Shown here piece after piece: positions 17,326 through 26,908 of a stretch of 32,000 nucleotides of DNA. The notes beneath the pieces were generated by a model. It searched no databases, had not been told where the DNA came from, and worked only from the letters and a program-made list of their open reading frames with translations. Numbering within the stretch: the stretch's first letter is position 1; each line of letters opens with the position of its first letter. The DNA is taken from positions 2,518 through 34,517 of the forward strand of contig CAZMGA010000001.1 of assembly GCA_964565725.1 (NCBI GenBank). The letters run 5' to 3'. Position numbers and translations under genes: made by a program. Source of the stretch: an uncultured archaeon (GTDB lineage Archaea; Iainarchaeota; Iainarchaeia; Iainarchaeales; 0-14-0-20-30-16).

Positions 17326-18462
17326 TTATTTTTTAAAGTTATTATAATTTTCAATTATTAATTTTTTATATTTTGCAAATTCGCTTTTTTTAATAAAGAA
17401 TCCAGCTGCAACGCTATGCCCTCCTCCAACTAATGTTTTACAGGTTTGTTTTGCAAAGTTTCCCAAAACAACTAAATCTATTATTTGAGATCTTGAAGAA
17501 ATATTATAGCCTTTTTCTTTTTTATTTTCAAATGCTAAAAAGGTGGTTGTACCTGGATAAACTACTTGTAAATTTACGTTTATATTTAATTTATATTTTT
17601 TATCTTTTTCTCTTAATTCTAAAAATATTAAATCTTCAACTCTAAAAATATTTCTAAAAATTCTGTTCAATGCTTTATTAACTCTTTCATTTTGTTTGTT
17701 TAATTTTTTATAAAACTTTTCAGGCAATAATATAATTGATTGTAAATCTTTATCAGTTTCTAAAAATAATTTTTCAAAGGCCCATAAAGAACCAAATTCG
17801 GGGTCAGTTAATTGAAAACAAATTGTATTTAATATATTGTTTGATGGAACAATATAACCTCCATTTACAAAATATTCTGAATTGTTTTTTTCAATACCCA
17901 AATATATTAAAGAACCAATTGGAAACCAATCAGACATTGATGAGGCAAAAGCTATTTTTTCTAAAATTTCATCTTTGCCAAACATAAATCTATATGCACA
18001 ATAAACTAAAGCGCAAGCACAACAATTTTCTTTTGATTTCATTTCATCGTGATACATAGGGTTTATTATCAAATCAAAAGATTCTAATTTGCAATCTTCA
18101 TTAATTTTATGATGATCAATTACTCCTATAAAAGTATTTTTTAAAAAAGAATAATCATTAAGTGAAAAGTCTAACAAAAAAATATATTTAAAAGTTTGTA
18201 AATATTTTTGTTTTTCAATATTGTTTTTAATTAAACCTCTAAAATCGTGATCTACAAAAATTACTTGAAAATCTTTTTTATATTCAAATCCTAATTTTCT
18301 TAATATTTTTGCAAATATTGCTGCTGCAGGAATTCCATCCCCATCATTGTCAGCAATAATTAAAATATTGTCATTTTTTTTAATATTTTCTAAGACGGTT
18401 TTTAATTCTTCAAATTTTTCTTGCATTGGAATATAACTTTCTACTTTACTAACCACAAACAC
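17326..18462 (-). CDS. DHH-family phosphoesterase (archaeal RecJ-like/DHHA1)
   Basis: IADNDGDGIPAAAIF, VFVDHD/LLDF, VIDHHK, C-terminal GGGHSVAAGF. Confidence 0.9.
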   Translation of the reverse strand: MFVVSKVESYIPMQEKFEELKTVLENIKKNDNILIIADNDGDGIPAAAIFAKILRKLGFEYKKDFQVIFVDHDFRGLIKNNIEKQKYLQTFKYIFLLDFSLNDYSFLKNTFIGVIDHHKINEDCKLESFDLIINPMYHDEMKSKENCCACALVYCAYRFMFGKDEILEKIAFASSMSDWFPIGSLIYLGIEKNNSEYFVNGGYIVPSNNILNTICFQLTDPEFGSLWAFEKLFLETDKDLQSIILLPEKFYKKLNKQNERVNKALNRIFRNIFRVEDLIFLELREKDKKYKLNINVNLQVVYPGTTTFLAFENKKEKGYNISSRSQIIDLVVLGNFAKQTCKTLVGGGHSVAAGFFIKKSEFAKYKKLIIENYNNFKK

Positions 18463-18490
18463 ACCACAAATACTTTTAATAAATATTAAC

Positions 18491-19410
18491 TTAACAATTT
18501 AACTTTATATCCTTTTTCATATTTATTTTTTTGTTTTTTAAATCATAATATTTTGGATCTACAAATCTAAACTTTTTAGTTAATTCTAAGTCAAAATCTA
18601 TTTCTACTAATTTATAATCTAAAACTTTAAATATTTTATTTAGTTGGAATTCAACATATTTATCATTAGAATTTAACAATAAGTCTAAAATATACTGATC
18701 ATCTTTATTTAAATCTAGTAAAGAAATAATATTTTTTTCTGCAGAATACTTCAATAAATTTGCAGTTAACTCATATCTTATTATATTTTCTATTGATCCC
18801 CAATGCTCTAATTGCAAATCAAAATAATATTTTGCAAATAATTCTGCGCTTTTTTTATTTTTAAAAATGATTTCTTTATTTTTAACAATTAAATTATTAT
18901 AACAATATATAGCGCCAGCTTTAGACTTTCTTTGATATACTTCTCTTAAAGTATAATCTATTCTATCGGCACATAAGTGAGGAGCTTTTCTTTCTAATAA
19001 TAAAAAGTTTGATTCGTCTAAAATATAATCAAAACTTAACATATGTTTTTTAAATAATTTTGGAATATTTGTTTTTTCTAAAATTCTTTTAAAATATTAT
19101 CTCCATACTCTTCCTCTTTATTTTTGTATAAAAAATCAACTACGTGTGAAAAAGCAGCGTGGGATGCATCATTTAATAAACCAGCAATTTGTTCTTCTAA
19201 AGAAGCATTTAATTTTCTTAATAATAACATAACACCTATAGAATGATCATATCTAGTAAATGTTTTTCTATAATAATATTTTTGTGGTAAGCCGTGTTGC
19301 CAAATTTTTTTTAATCTTTGTATTGGTTTAGAATTAATTAATTCTATTAATATAGGTTCAGTAATTTCAAACTTACCATATAGAGGATCTTTTATTTTAA
19401 TTGTGTTCAT
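18491..19410 (-). pseudogene. Frameshifted HD-superfamily phosphohydrolase gene (N-terminal ORF 19078-19410, C-terminal ORF 18491-19042)
   Basis: TRYDHSIGVMLLLRKL...AGLLNDASHAAFSHVVDFL, then APHLCADRIDYTLREV in a second frame. Adding one A to the A run at 19080-19083 joins them as ...ILKEF-LEKTNIPKLFKKHMLSFDYILDESNFLLLE... Confidence 0.8.
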
Positions 19411-19418
19411 AATTTCAC

Positions 19419-20531
19419 TTAATAATATAAAAATGCAATAATTCCTGAAAAACTAGATATAATTTTACCAGAATCACTATTTGATGAAACTATTTTATAA
19501 TCTATCTTTTTATTATCTAATTTTAACAAAAAATCTTTTAATTCTTCAAAATTATTTTTAAAAAAATCATCTGTAATTAAAACTAATTTTAATGCGTTTT
19601 TTTCATTAGCCTGTTTAATTTCTTCAAAACCATATGCAACTGGTTTTTCTTTCGACAAATCTTTTAAAAATTCATTTATTAGTTGAGTATTTTGTTGTGC
19701 TGCATTATCATTTAAGATATTATTTAATATACCTCCATTTAATGCTTCTCTAATTCCAGATATTCCTGGAGAACCTATGTTTGTAAATATAAATTTAGAC
19801 TGCTGTTTTTTTTCTAAATTTTTTTCTAACAAATATTTTTGAAAATTGTCTTTTTCAAAGCCTGGCCCCCCAACTATTACTGTTTCATAATCAGAATTTA
19901 AAAATATTTTTAAAATACTTGAAAAATATTCAATTCTATTTTTATTTCTTAAATCAGGATTTTTTTTACCACTGCCTTTGAATTTAATTTCTGCAATAAG
20001 GGTATAATTGCAATCGTTTAATTTTGCAATTAATGCAGAATCATCATCTAAAATTAAAAACATTATTTTTTTATTGTATATTTTATTTAAAGAATTGTTT
20101 AACATTTTTTTGTGTAATTCCAAAAATAAATTTTTAGTTATTGATATTGTATCTCCAAAAGATAAATCAAAAGAATGATATTCTCCAATATTTACATATT
20201 CTAAAGGAACCCCATCTATAATTTTTCCCAATATTTTTAATATTCCTAACTCAAAATTCAAATCTATTTTTTCAGCTTTTATTTTTAAAAATACAGTTTT
20301 CTTTTCACTATTTTCACTATCATTTACACGAAAACGTCTAGTTGTTTTTCCACCAACAACATCATTTTGAGATATAAATATGTTTAAAAACCACAAATCA
20401 TCTAGGGTTTCAACACCAAACTCAAAAAACAAGGTTTTAAAATCTTTTTTATATACTTTCATATAATATATATAAAATAAAATGTTTAAAAAATGTGTTA
20501 AGGGATTGAATGTATAAAAAACGTATTGCAA
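19419..20531 (-). CDS. pelA: mRNA surveillance protein pelota; likely start ATG 20462
   Basis: MKVYKKDFK...LEDLW-like region, GGKTTRRFRV, YVNIGEYHSFDL, VGGPGFEKDNF, AYGFEEIKQANE, KLVLITDDFF. Confidence 0.93.
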   Translation of the reverse strand: MQYVFYTFNPLTHFLNILFYIYYMKVYKKDFKTLFFEFGVETLDDLWFLNIFISQNDVVGGKTTRRFRVNDSENSEKKTVFLKIKAEKIDLNFELGILKILGKIIDGVPLEYVNIGEYHSFDLSFGDTISITKNLFLELHKKMLNNSLNKIYNKKIMFLILDDDSALIAKLNDCNYTLIAEIKFKGSGKKNPDLRNKNRIEYFSSILKIFLNSDYETVIVGGPGFEKDNFQKYLLEKNLEKKQQSKFIFTNIGSPGISGIREALNGGILNNILNDNAAQQNTQLINEFLKDLSKEKPVAYGFEEIKQANEKNALKLVLITDDFFKNNFEELKDFLLKLDNKKIDYKIVSSNSDSGKIISSFSGIIAFLYY

Positions 20532-22243
20532 TTATAGACCAAAAAAAATGTAAACCAAAACTTTGTGGAGAAATTTGCATTAAATTATGTCCTATGCTAA
20601 GATTAAACAAAAAGGCAATTTATAATGAAAATGATGAAATAAAAATAGAGGAAGGTTTGTGTTCTGGTTGTGGTATTTGTTCTACAAAATGTCCTTTTGA
20701 TGCAATAAAAATAATTAATTTGGAATTAAATTTGGATAATCCTTTACATCAATATGGCGAAAATAGATTTAGATTGTTTAGATTTTTAGAATTACCAAAA
20801 AATGGCAATTTAGGTATAATAGGACAAAATGGAATTGGAAAAAGTACCATAATAAAAATTCTTGCGGGCCAAATTATTCCTAATATGGGGGATTATAAAA
20901 ACAATAATATAAACTATGAAAATATAATTAATTTTTACAAAGGAAAAGAAAATCAAAAAATATTTTTAGAATTAAAAAATAATAATTTTGATTTTGCATA
21001 TAAACCCCAAAATATAGAATTAATTCCTAAAACATTTTCTGGGACTGTTTTAAGCTTATTAAAAAAATGTGATAAAAAGGACAATTTAAAAAATATAATT
21101 ATTGACTGGAATTTAGAAAATATATTAGATAAAGATATTAAATTTTTGTCAGGTGGAGAATTACAAAAAGTTGCAATTGTTGCAACTGTTTTAAAAAATG
21201 CAAATTTAAGTTTTTTTGATGAACCAAGTTCATTTTTAGACATTAAACAAAGATTTTTATTTGCAAAAAATATTCAAAATGAAAAAAAAAATATAATTAT
21301 AGAACATGATTTGGCGATATTAGATTATATATCTGATTATATAAATATTTTATTTGGTAAATCTCACGCTTACGGAGTAGTTAGTCATATAAAAAATACT
21401 AATGTAGGAATAAACGAATTTTTAGAGGGTTATATAAAAGATGAAAATTTAAAATTTAGAAATTATAATTTGAATGTAGAATACACACCTTCAAATATTA
21501 AACATAAAGATATTTTGTTTAGTTATCCTGAAAAAGAAATTAATTTAGGCAATTTTAATTTAAAATATAAATCTAGCGATGTTTATAGCAATCAAATTAT
21601 AGGAATCTTAGGAGAAAATGGAACTGGAAAAACAACTTTCATAAAAGATATTTTAAAAAATAATAAAAATAATACTTTAAAATTTGCATATAAACCTCAA
21701 AGTTTATCTTTTGATACTAATATTATGAACTTACCAGTTTTTCTTTATTTAAAAGATGGAAATCAAGAAATATTAAAAGAATTATGGGATAAATTAAACA
21801 TAGAAAGAATAAAAAATTATAAACTAAGTGAATTAAATGGAGGAGACTTGCAAAAAGTAATTGTTTGCAAAACTCTTTGTGAAGATGCGAATGTATATTT
21901 GATTGATGAACCTTCTGCATTTTTAGATGTTGAAGAAAGATTAAATGTAGCAAAAGTTATAAGAAATGTAATTTTCAAAAAAAATAAAATTGCTTTTGTA
22001 ATAGATCACGATATTTTGTTTATTGATTTTATATCTGATAATTTATTAATTTTTGACGGTTTGCCTGGAAAAGAAGGACGTGTATTTAATATAATGAATA
22101 AAAAAGAAGGTATGAATCTTTTTTTGAAAAAACTAAATATAACATATAGAAAAGATCCTATAACTAAAAGACCAAGAATAAATAAAATAGACTCTAGTAA
22201 AGATAAAGAACAAAAAAATAATAATAATTTTTATGAAAATTAA
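20510..22243 (+). CDS. Ribosome biogenesis/recycling ATPase ABCE1 (RLI)
   Basis: N-terminal 2x[4Fe-4S]: CKPKLCGEICIKLCP and CSGCGICSTKCPFDAI. Two ABC cassettes (GQNGIGKST, LSGGELQKVAI, GENGTGKTTF, LNGGDLQKVIV). Confidence 0.97.
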   Translation: MYKKRIAIIDQKKCKPKLCGEICIKLCPMLRLNKKAIYNENDEIKIEEGLCSGCGICSTKCPFDAIKIINLELNLDNPLHQYGENRFRLFRFLELPKNGNLGIIGQNGIGKSTIIKILAGQIIPNMGDYKNNNINYENIINFYKGKENQKIFLELKNNNFDFAYKPQNIELIPKTFSGTVLSLLKKCDKKDNLKNIIIDWNLENILDKDIKFLSGGELQKVAIVATVLKNANLSFFDEPSSFLDIKQRFLFAKNIQNEKKNIIIEHDLAILDYISDYINILFGKSHAYGVVSHIKNTNVGINEFLEGYIKDENLKFRNYNLNVEYTPSNIKHKDILFSYPEKEINLGNFNLKYKSSDVYSNQIIGILGENGTGKTTFIKDILKNNKNNTLKFAYKPQSLSFDTNIMNLPVFLYLKDGNQEILKELWDKLNIERIKNYKLSELNGGDLQKVIVCKTLCEDANVYLIDEPSAFLDVEERLNVAKVIRNVIFKKNKIAFVIDHDILFIDFISDNLLIFDGLPGKEGRVFNIMNKKEGMNLFLKKLNITYRKDPITKRPRINKIDSSKDKEQKNNNNFYEN

Positions 22244-22281
22244 AATGTTTATTTTATAAATACTTTGTATCCTATAATAAT

Positions 22282-22809
22282 ATGCAAGAACTTCTAGATT
22301 TAAATGTTGTTAAAGATTATTTAAATAAAATAGATGATAATGCATATGATCTTTTAAAAGAATGGAGCAAAAATTCATCAATAAAAAATGATGAAAAATT
22401 AGCAGAAATGATGAATCAAAAGGTAACAATTATTAGAACAACTTTAAATAAATTAAGTTTTAGAGGAATAATAACTTACGAAAAAGAAAAAGATCAAAAT
22501 TCAGGTTGGTATAATTTTTATTGGAATATTAACTTTAAAAAATTAGCAACTTTAATAACTAAAGAACATTTAGAAAGAAGAGATAAATTAAAAACAAAAT
22601 TAAATCAATTACAAGATTATGATTTTTTTACTTGCAATAATGTATGTAAAGAAATTCCATTTGAAATTGCAGCAGAATACAATTTTAATTGTCCTCACTG
22701 CAATCAAAATTTAGCAATGATTGATAAAAAAATTCATGGCAAAAAAATTGTTGATGAAATATCACAAATAGAACAAGATTTGGTATTTATAAAAAAAATA
22801 TATAACTAA
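22282..22809 (+). CDS. tfe: Transcription factor E alpha subunit (TFE)
   Basis: N-terminal wHTH (LAEMMNQKVTIIRTTLNKLSFRGIITYEKEKD...GWYNFYWNIN) and C-terminal Cys ribbon CNNVC...FNCPHC. Confidence 0.9.
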   Translation: MQELLDLNVVKDYLNKIDDNAYDLLKEWSKNSSIKNDEKLAEMMNQKVTIIRTTLNKLSFRGIITYEKEKDQNSGWYNFYWNINFKKLATLITKEHLERRDKLKTKLNQLQDYDFFTCNNVCKEIPFEIAAEYNFNCPHCNQNLAMIDKKIHGKKIVDEISQIEQDLVFIKKIYN

Positions 22810-22884
22810 AGCGAGGTAGGGCAGCTTGGAGTGCCCGCCGGGCTCATAACCCGGAGGTCGTTGGTTCAAATCCAACCCTCGCTA
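22810..22884 (+). tRNA. Initiator tRNA-Met (CAT anticodon)
   Basis: 75-nt cloverleaf: AGCGAGG-TA-GGGC-AGCTTGGAGT-GCCC-G-CCGGG-CTCATAA-CCCGG-AGGTC-GTTGG-TTCAAAT-CCAAC-CCTCGCT-A. A1-U72 and GGG:CCC anticodon stem pairs are initiator signatures. No encoded CCA. Confidence 0.96.
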
Positions 22885-22887
22885 TAC

Positions 22888-22893
22888 TTTTTA
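22888..22893 (+). terminator. Possible oligo-T terminator downstream of tRNA-Met
   Basis: TTTTTT run 3 nt after the tRNA 3' end. Confidence 0.4.
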
Positions 22894-22918
22894 AATCTTA
22901 TTTATTTTAATATATAAT

Positions 22919-23902
22919 ATGAATTCTAAAAATAAAACAATTATATCCTGTATAATTCCAGCATATAATGAAGAAAAGAACATAGAAAATGTATTAAAAG
23001 TAATTACCACTTATAAAAAATTTGATGAAATCATTATTATGGATGATTGTTCAAAAGACAATACAAAACTAGTTTGTGAAAAATTTGCTAAAAAAGATTC
23101 TAGAATTACAGTAATTACTAATAAAAAAAATTTGGGAAAAACTCATAATGTAATTAAAGGGATTGAAAAAAGCTTGGGAAAAATAATTGTTTTGATTGAT
23201 GCCGATTTAATAAATTTAACTAAAAAAAATATAACTTCACTAATAACGCCGGTAATTACCAACAAATATGATTTAACTATTTTAGATAGAGCTGGCGATA
23301 GAACTCCAATGTGGGGTTGGACTAATTGTGCCAGATTTGAAGGTGGCGAAAGAGCTTTTTTTAAAAAAGATTTCTTAAAAATAGACTTTAAAGACGCCCC
23401 CGGATATTTATTAGAAATAGTAATGAATGTACATTACATGAATCAAAAAAAGAGAATTTTAACAATTTATTGTAAAAATTTAGATACTGTGCACCAATAT
23501 GATAAAATTAACAAAATAGAAGGATATAAAAATTATATTAAAATGAGTAAAAATATATTAAAAAAGGCTGGATTATTAAAATATTTAGAACAGATAATCA
23601 AAATAGAAGAAGATAGGCTTAAAAAAATTTATAAAATATCTAATAAAAAGTATTATAATATTGTAGGAATACCATCAGTAATTACTCTTGGTTTTTTATT
23701 AGGATTATACACTTTTGTTGAATTAAACATAATTAAACAAAAAAATAATTTAAGTAAACATAACAAAAAGAGTAATTCCAGTAATTACCGTTATTACTAT
23801 CAAAAAATTAATGAAATGTATTTAAAATTGTTAAAAATTAAACAAATACCCAAAATAATTAAAAACACAAGTATTAGGACGTTAAACAAATTTAAAAAAT
23901 AA
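22919..23902 (+). CDS. Glycosyltransferase family 2 with C-terminal hydrophobic segment
   Basis: CIIPAYNEEKNIENVL, IIMDDCSKDNT, LIDADL. Confidence 0.9.
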   Translation: MNSKNKTIISCIIPAYNEEKNIENVLKVITTYKKFDEIIIMDDCSKDNTKLVCEKFAKKDSRITVITNKKNLGKTHNVIKGIEKSLGKIIVLIDADLINLTKKNITSLITPVITNKYDLTILDRAGDRTPMWGWTNCARFEGGERAFFKKDFLKIDFKDAPGYLLEIVMNVHYMNQKKRILTIYCKNLDTVHQYDKINKIEGYKNYIKMSKNILKKAGLLKYLEQIIKIEEDRLKKIYKISNKKYYNIVGIPSVITLGFLLGLYTFVELNIIKQKNNLSKHNKKSNSSNYRYYYQKINEMYLKLLKIKQIPKIIKNTSIRTLNKFKK

Positions 23903-23912
23903 AGTGTAGATT

Positions 23913-24860
23913 ATGAAAAACAGCATTAATAAAATTAAATTGGGCGAATTAAGTTTGAAAAATAACTTATTTTTGGCCCCTATGTTAGGTTTTACTAATT
24001 TTGCTTTTAGAGAACTTATTCAAAAAACTTCTAATATTTCAACAATTACAGAAATGATCCCTATAAATGCATTAAGTAAAGACTGTAATTACTGTAAAGA
24101 CTTAATAATTAGAGGTAATTACGAAAAAAACCTAGGATACCAATTTTTTGGTAATGACGAAAATAAATTTGTTAAAAGTATAGAAAATTTGGAAAAAATG
24201 GATATTAAAATAGATTATATTAACTTAAATTGTGGTTGTCCTGCTACAGATATTATAAAACAAGGGGCTGGTAGTGCTTTATTAAATAGAGAATCAAAAA
24301 TAAAAAATATTATTGAAAAAACAAAAGAATGTTTTGATTATCCTTTTACTATAAAAATAAGAACAGGTTATGATTATGAAAAACATTTAAACTATAAAGA
24401 ATTGGAGGGCTCTGGTTTGGATGCAATTTTTTTACATGGAAGAACTAAAAAACAACAATATTCTGGAGAAATAAATTTGGAATATATAAAAGAGGTTAAA
24501 GAAAAAACAAATATTCCTATTATTGCAAACGGAGATATAAGAAATATAGAAGATATAAATAGAATCTATGAATATACTAAATGCGATGGTTTTATGATTG
24601 GTAGAAAGGCATTATTTAATCCATTTATTTTTGAAGAAATTTTATATAAAAACAAAAAAAAGTTTGAAGACAAAATATTTTTTTTAGAAGAATATTACAA
24701 ATTATTAGAATTTAAAGATGTAAAAACAAAATTTAAAGATGTAAAAAATTTGAGTTTATTTTTTGCGAGAAATATAGATAATATTGCAGAAGTTAGAAAA
24801 AATTTGGCAAAATCTCAAAGATTTGATGAAATCATAGGAATACTTAAAAAGGTTTGTTAA
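23913..24860 (+). CDS. dus: tRNA-dihydrouridine synthase
   Basis: APMLGFTNFAFR, INLNCGCPATDIIKQGAGSALL, FTIKIRTGYD, FLHGRTKKQQYSG, IANGDI, GFMIGRKALFNPFIF. Confidence 0.95.
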   Translation: MKNSINKIKLGELSLKNNLFLAPMLGFTNFAFRELIQKTSNISTITEMIPINALSKDCNYCKDLIIRGNYEKNLGYQFFGNDENKFVKSIENLEKMDIKIDYINLNCGCPATDIIKQGAGSALLNRESKIKNIIEKTKECFDYPFTIKIRTGYDYEKHLNYKELEGSGLDAIFLHGRTKKQQYSGEINLEYIKEVKEKTNIPIIANGDIRNIEDINRIYEYTKCDGFMIGRKALFNPFIFEEILYKNKKKFEDKIFFLEEYYKLLEFKDVKTKFKDVKNLSLFFARNIDNIAEVRKNLAKSQRFDEIIGILKKVC

Positions 24861-24861
24861 T

Positions 24862-25317
24862 TTGATATATGTAAATACAGTAATTACTAGTGATTATATG
24901 GGTTTATTAGATAAAATAAAAAACATTTTTAAAAAAAAAGAAAGTTATGAAAAAATAAATAATAATGTTTCTGAAATAAATATAAAAGAAGAATCTTTTG
25001 CTGTTGTAGAAAAAGATAAATATAATTATACTAATTTGTGGGATTATATTAAACCAAAGGAAAATACCCAAGCCGAACACATTTTAACAGTTGTAATTAT
25101 TGAAGATTGGTTAGATATGGATCAAATTAGAAAAAAAATTAAAGATATATTTTTTATAGAATACAAACACGAAAAAAGTTTGTATCCCTACATTAAAACA
25201 TTAGTAGATATTGGTTTATTAGAAACTAGTTCTGTTGGTGGAAAAAGAAAATGGAAAAAAAAAGATTTTATAATAAATAATAAATTTAAAGAAGAATATA
25301 TTAAAATAACTAATTGA
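24862..25317 (+). CDS. Hypothetical protein; likely start ATG 24898
   Basis: Complete ORF with coding-like composition (MGLLDKIKNIFKKKE...). C-terminal segment could be a winged helix. Confidence 0.6.
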   Translation: MIYVNTVITSDYMGLLDKIKNIFKKKESYEKINNNVSEINIKEESFAVVEKDKYNYTNLWDYIKPKENTQAEHILTVVIIEDWLDMDQIRKKIKDIFFIEYKHEKSLYPYIKTLVDIGLLETSSVGGKRKWKKKDFIINNKFKEEYIKITN

Positions 25318-25329
25318 TTATACTTTAAT

Positions 25330-25923
25330 TTAATTTGAATATTTTAATTTGAATTCTTTTGTTAAAGAATCTAATTTTTGCATTATTTGTGTTTTTTCGT
25401 TAATTTCATTATACCATTCTAAAGAAAATATTTTTTTAATTTCTAAAAATAATGTATTTTTTAGAGGTATTGATATTATTTTATTTTCGTTTAAATTATC
25501 CTCTAATAAATTTAAGATTCTTTTTGTATTTCCATCGTCATCAACAATAAAGGTATTTGTGATTACTCTATCTATAGCTTTTTTTGCTTGTTGTTCTGAA
25601 ACATCTATATCATATAATGTATATGTTGCAGACCAATTTCCTTTCTCATACCATTTGTGTGTGGGATTTTCGCCAGTTTTAAAAAAATCTAATAAATTAG
25701 TTAAAGAATCTTTAGGAACTATAACTTCATTTTTTCCTTTTTTAATATATGTTGTTTTAGATAATATTCCTGGTCTATGATAAATATATATTTTGCCATT
25801 TGATTTGGTTACATTTTGAGTATAACCATAAATAGCCCTAAATATTTTTTGATAATTATAATCAGAATGATTATAATCAGCATTCATTTTAACTTTATAT
25901 TTTACCATATACGCTTTAGTCAT
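25330..25923 (-). CDS. Hypothetical protein
   Basis: 197-aa ORF with balanced composition. The antisense ORF 25349-25780 looks like its shadow. Confidence 0.65.
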   Translation of the reverse strand: MTKAYMVKYKVKMNADYNHSDYNYQKIFRAIYGYTQNVTKSNGKIYIYHRPGILSKTTYIKKGKNEVIVPKDSLTNLLDFFKTGENPTHKWYEKGNWSATYTLYDIDVSEQQAKKAIDRVITNTFIVDDDGNTKRILNLLEDNLNENKIISIPLKNTLFLEIKKIFSLEWYNEINEKTQIMQKLDSLTKEFKLKYSN

Positions 25924-26067
25924 AATAATCTAATTAAAAAACAATCTAAAAATATATAAATGTATTTATTAAAATACTACACCCCATACTTCTAGTATTA
26001 AATATATAATATTTTTTTTATTTATGTATAAATAATAAATATAAAAAAAGAATAATAAAATATAGTT

Positions 26068-26385
26068 TTATCTATATTTTACTAATGATCCAGAACTTAC
26101 TTTTTTAGGTTCTTCTTTATGTGTTTGTATTTTTGTTTCTCCTCTAACAGGTCTAGGTGAAACTATAATAATATCTTTAACAGCTATAACTGTTTTATAA
26201 GGTATACTTTTATCGCTAATTATTTTTTTAGCTTCTTGTTTTGTTTTTACTTTTAAAGGAGCTGTTGTAATAGTTTCTAAAACACCACTTTCTAAATTAA
26301 CAACTATATCATAAACCTTACCTTTATAATCTCCATTTTGAGTAAATATATCTCTACCGAACAATTCAGATAATCTCATCATCAA
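26068..26385 (-). CDS. PRC-barrel domain protein
   Basis: MRLSELFGRDIFTQNGDYKGKVYDIVVNLESGVLETI...IPYKTVIAVKDIIIV. Confidence 0.8.
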   Translation of the reverse strand: MMMRLSELFGRDIFTQNGDYKGKVYDIVVNLESGVLETITTAPLKVKTKQEAKKIISDKSIPYKTVIAVKDIIIVSPRPVRGETKIQTHKEEPKKVSSGSLVKYR

Positions 26386-26523
26386 TATCCCTCCAATAAA
26401 TATAATGTTCTTTATTATAATAAATCATTCCTTTTTATATATGTTTGCTTTTAAAATATACATTTTTAACCATTTTTTTTAAAATAATTAATTTAAAATA
26501 AAAAAAATAAATAATACTAGAAC

Positions 26524-26570
26524 TATAGGGGTTATAGGGTAAAAACATAAGATACCTTTAAATACCTTAT
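26524..26570. promoter_or_regulatory. Cluster of short direct/inverted repeats upstream of a PRC-barrel gene
   Basis: TATAGGG at 26524 and 26533. ATACCTTTA/ATACCTTAT at 26552 and 26562, flanked by ATAAG...CTTAT. Confidence 0.3.
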
Positions 26571-26623
26571 CGTTTTGTATATCTATAATTATATTTTATG
26601 TTTTACGGGAGACAGGTGATTAT

Positions 26624-26908
26624 ATGTATAAATATTCTATAGCAAAACAATTAGCATCTAAGAGGGTAATCACCAACAGAGGTGACGAAGTAGGAAAAGT
26701 TATAGATATCATCATTGATGAATTATCTGGTAATTTGGAATATTTGTTGGTAGAAGCTGATTTAGATTCAAAAGTTACAAAAACTTTGAATATAGACATG
26801 AAAAACAGAATGATTAAAGTGCCTTATTCAGCAGTTTCCGCTGTTAGTGATGTTTTCATTGTTGATGAAAAACAAATAGTTGTAGACAACGAAGACGAAG
26901 TTATGTAA
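26624..26908 (+). CDS. PRC-barrel domain protein
   Basis: KRVITNRGDEVGKVIDIIIDELSGNLEYLLVEAD...IKVPYSAVSAVSDVFIVDE. GGTG SD at 26615-26618. Confidence 0.85.
   Translation: MYKYSIAKQLASKRVITNRGDEVGKVIDIIIDELSGNLEYLLVEADLDSKVTKTLNIDMKNRMIKVPYSAVSAVSDVFIVDEKQIVVDNEDEVM

Noticed and set aside
17433-17987. Plus-strand ORFs 17433-17645 and 17736-17987
   Set aside because: Antisense to the DHH phosphoesterase. Leu/Phe-rich shadow composition.
25349-25780. Plus-strand 143-aa ORF
   Set aside because: Antisense to the 197-aa ORF, whose composition and start context look more protein-like. Neither has a recognised family, so the choice is probable rather than certain.
25924-26067. AT-rich non-coding gap as a possible ncRNA
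   Set aside because: Very AT-rich with no visible stable stem or GC-enriched block. Nothing supports a structured RNA.
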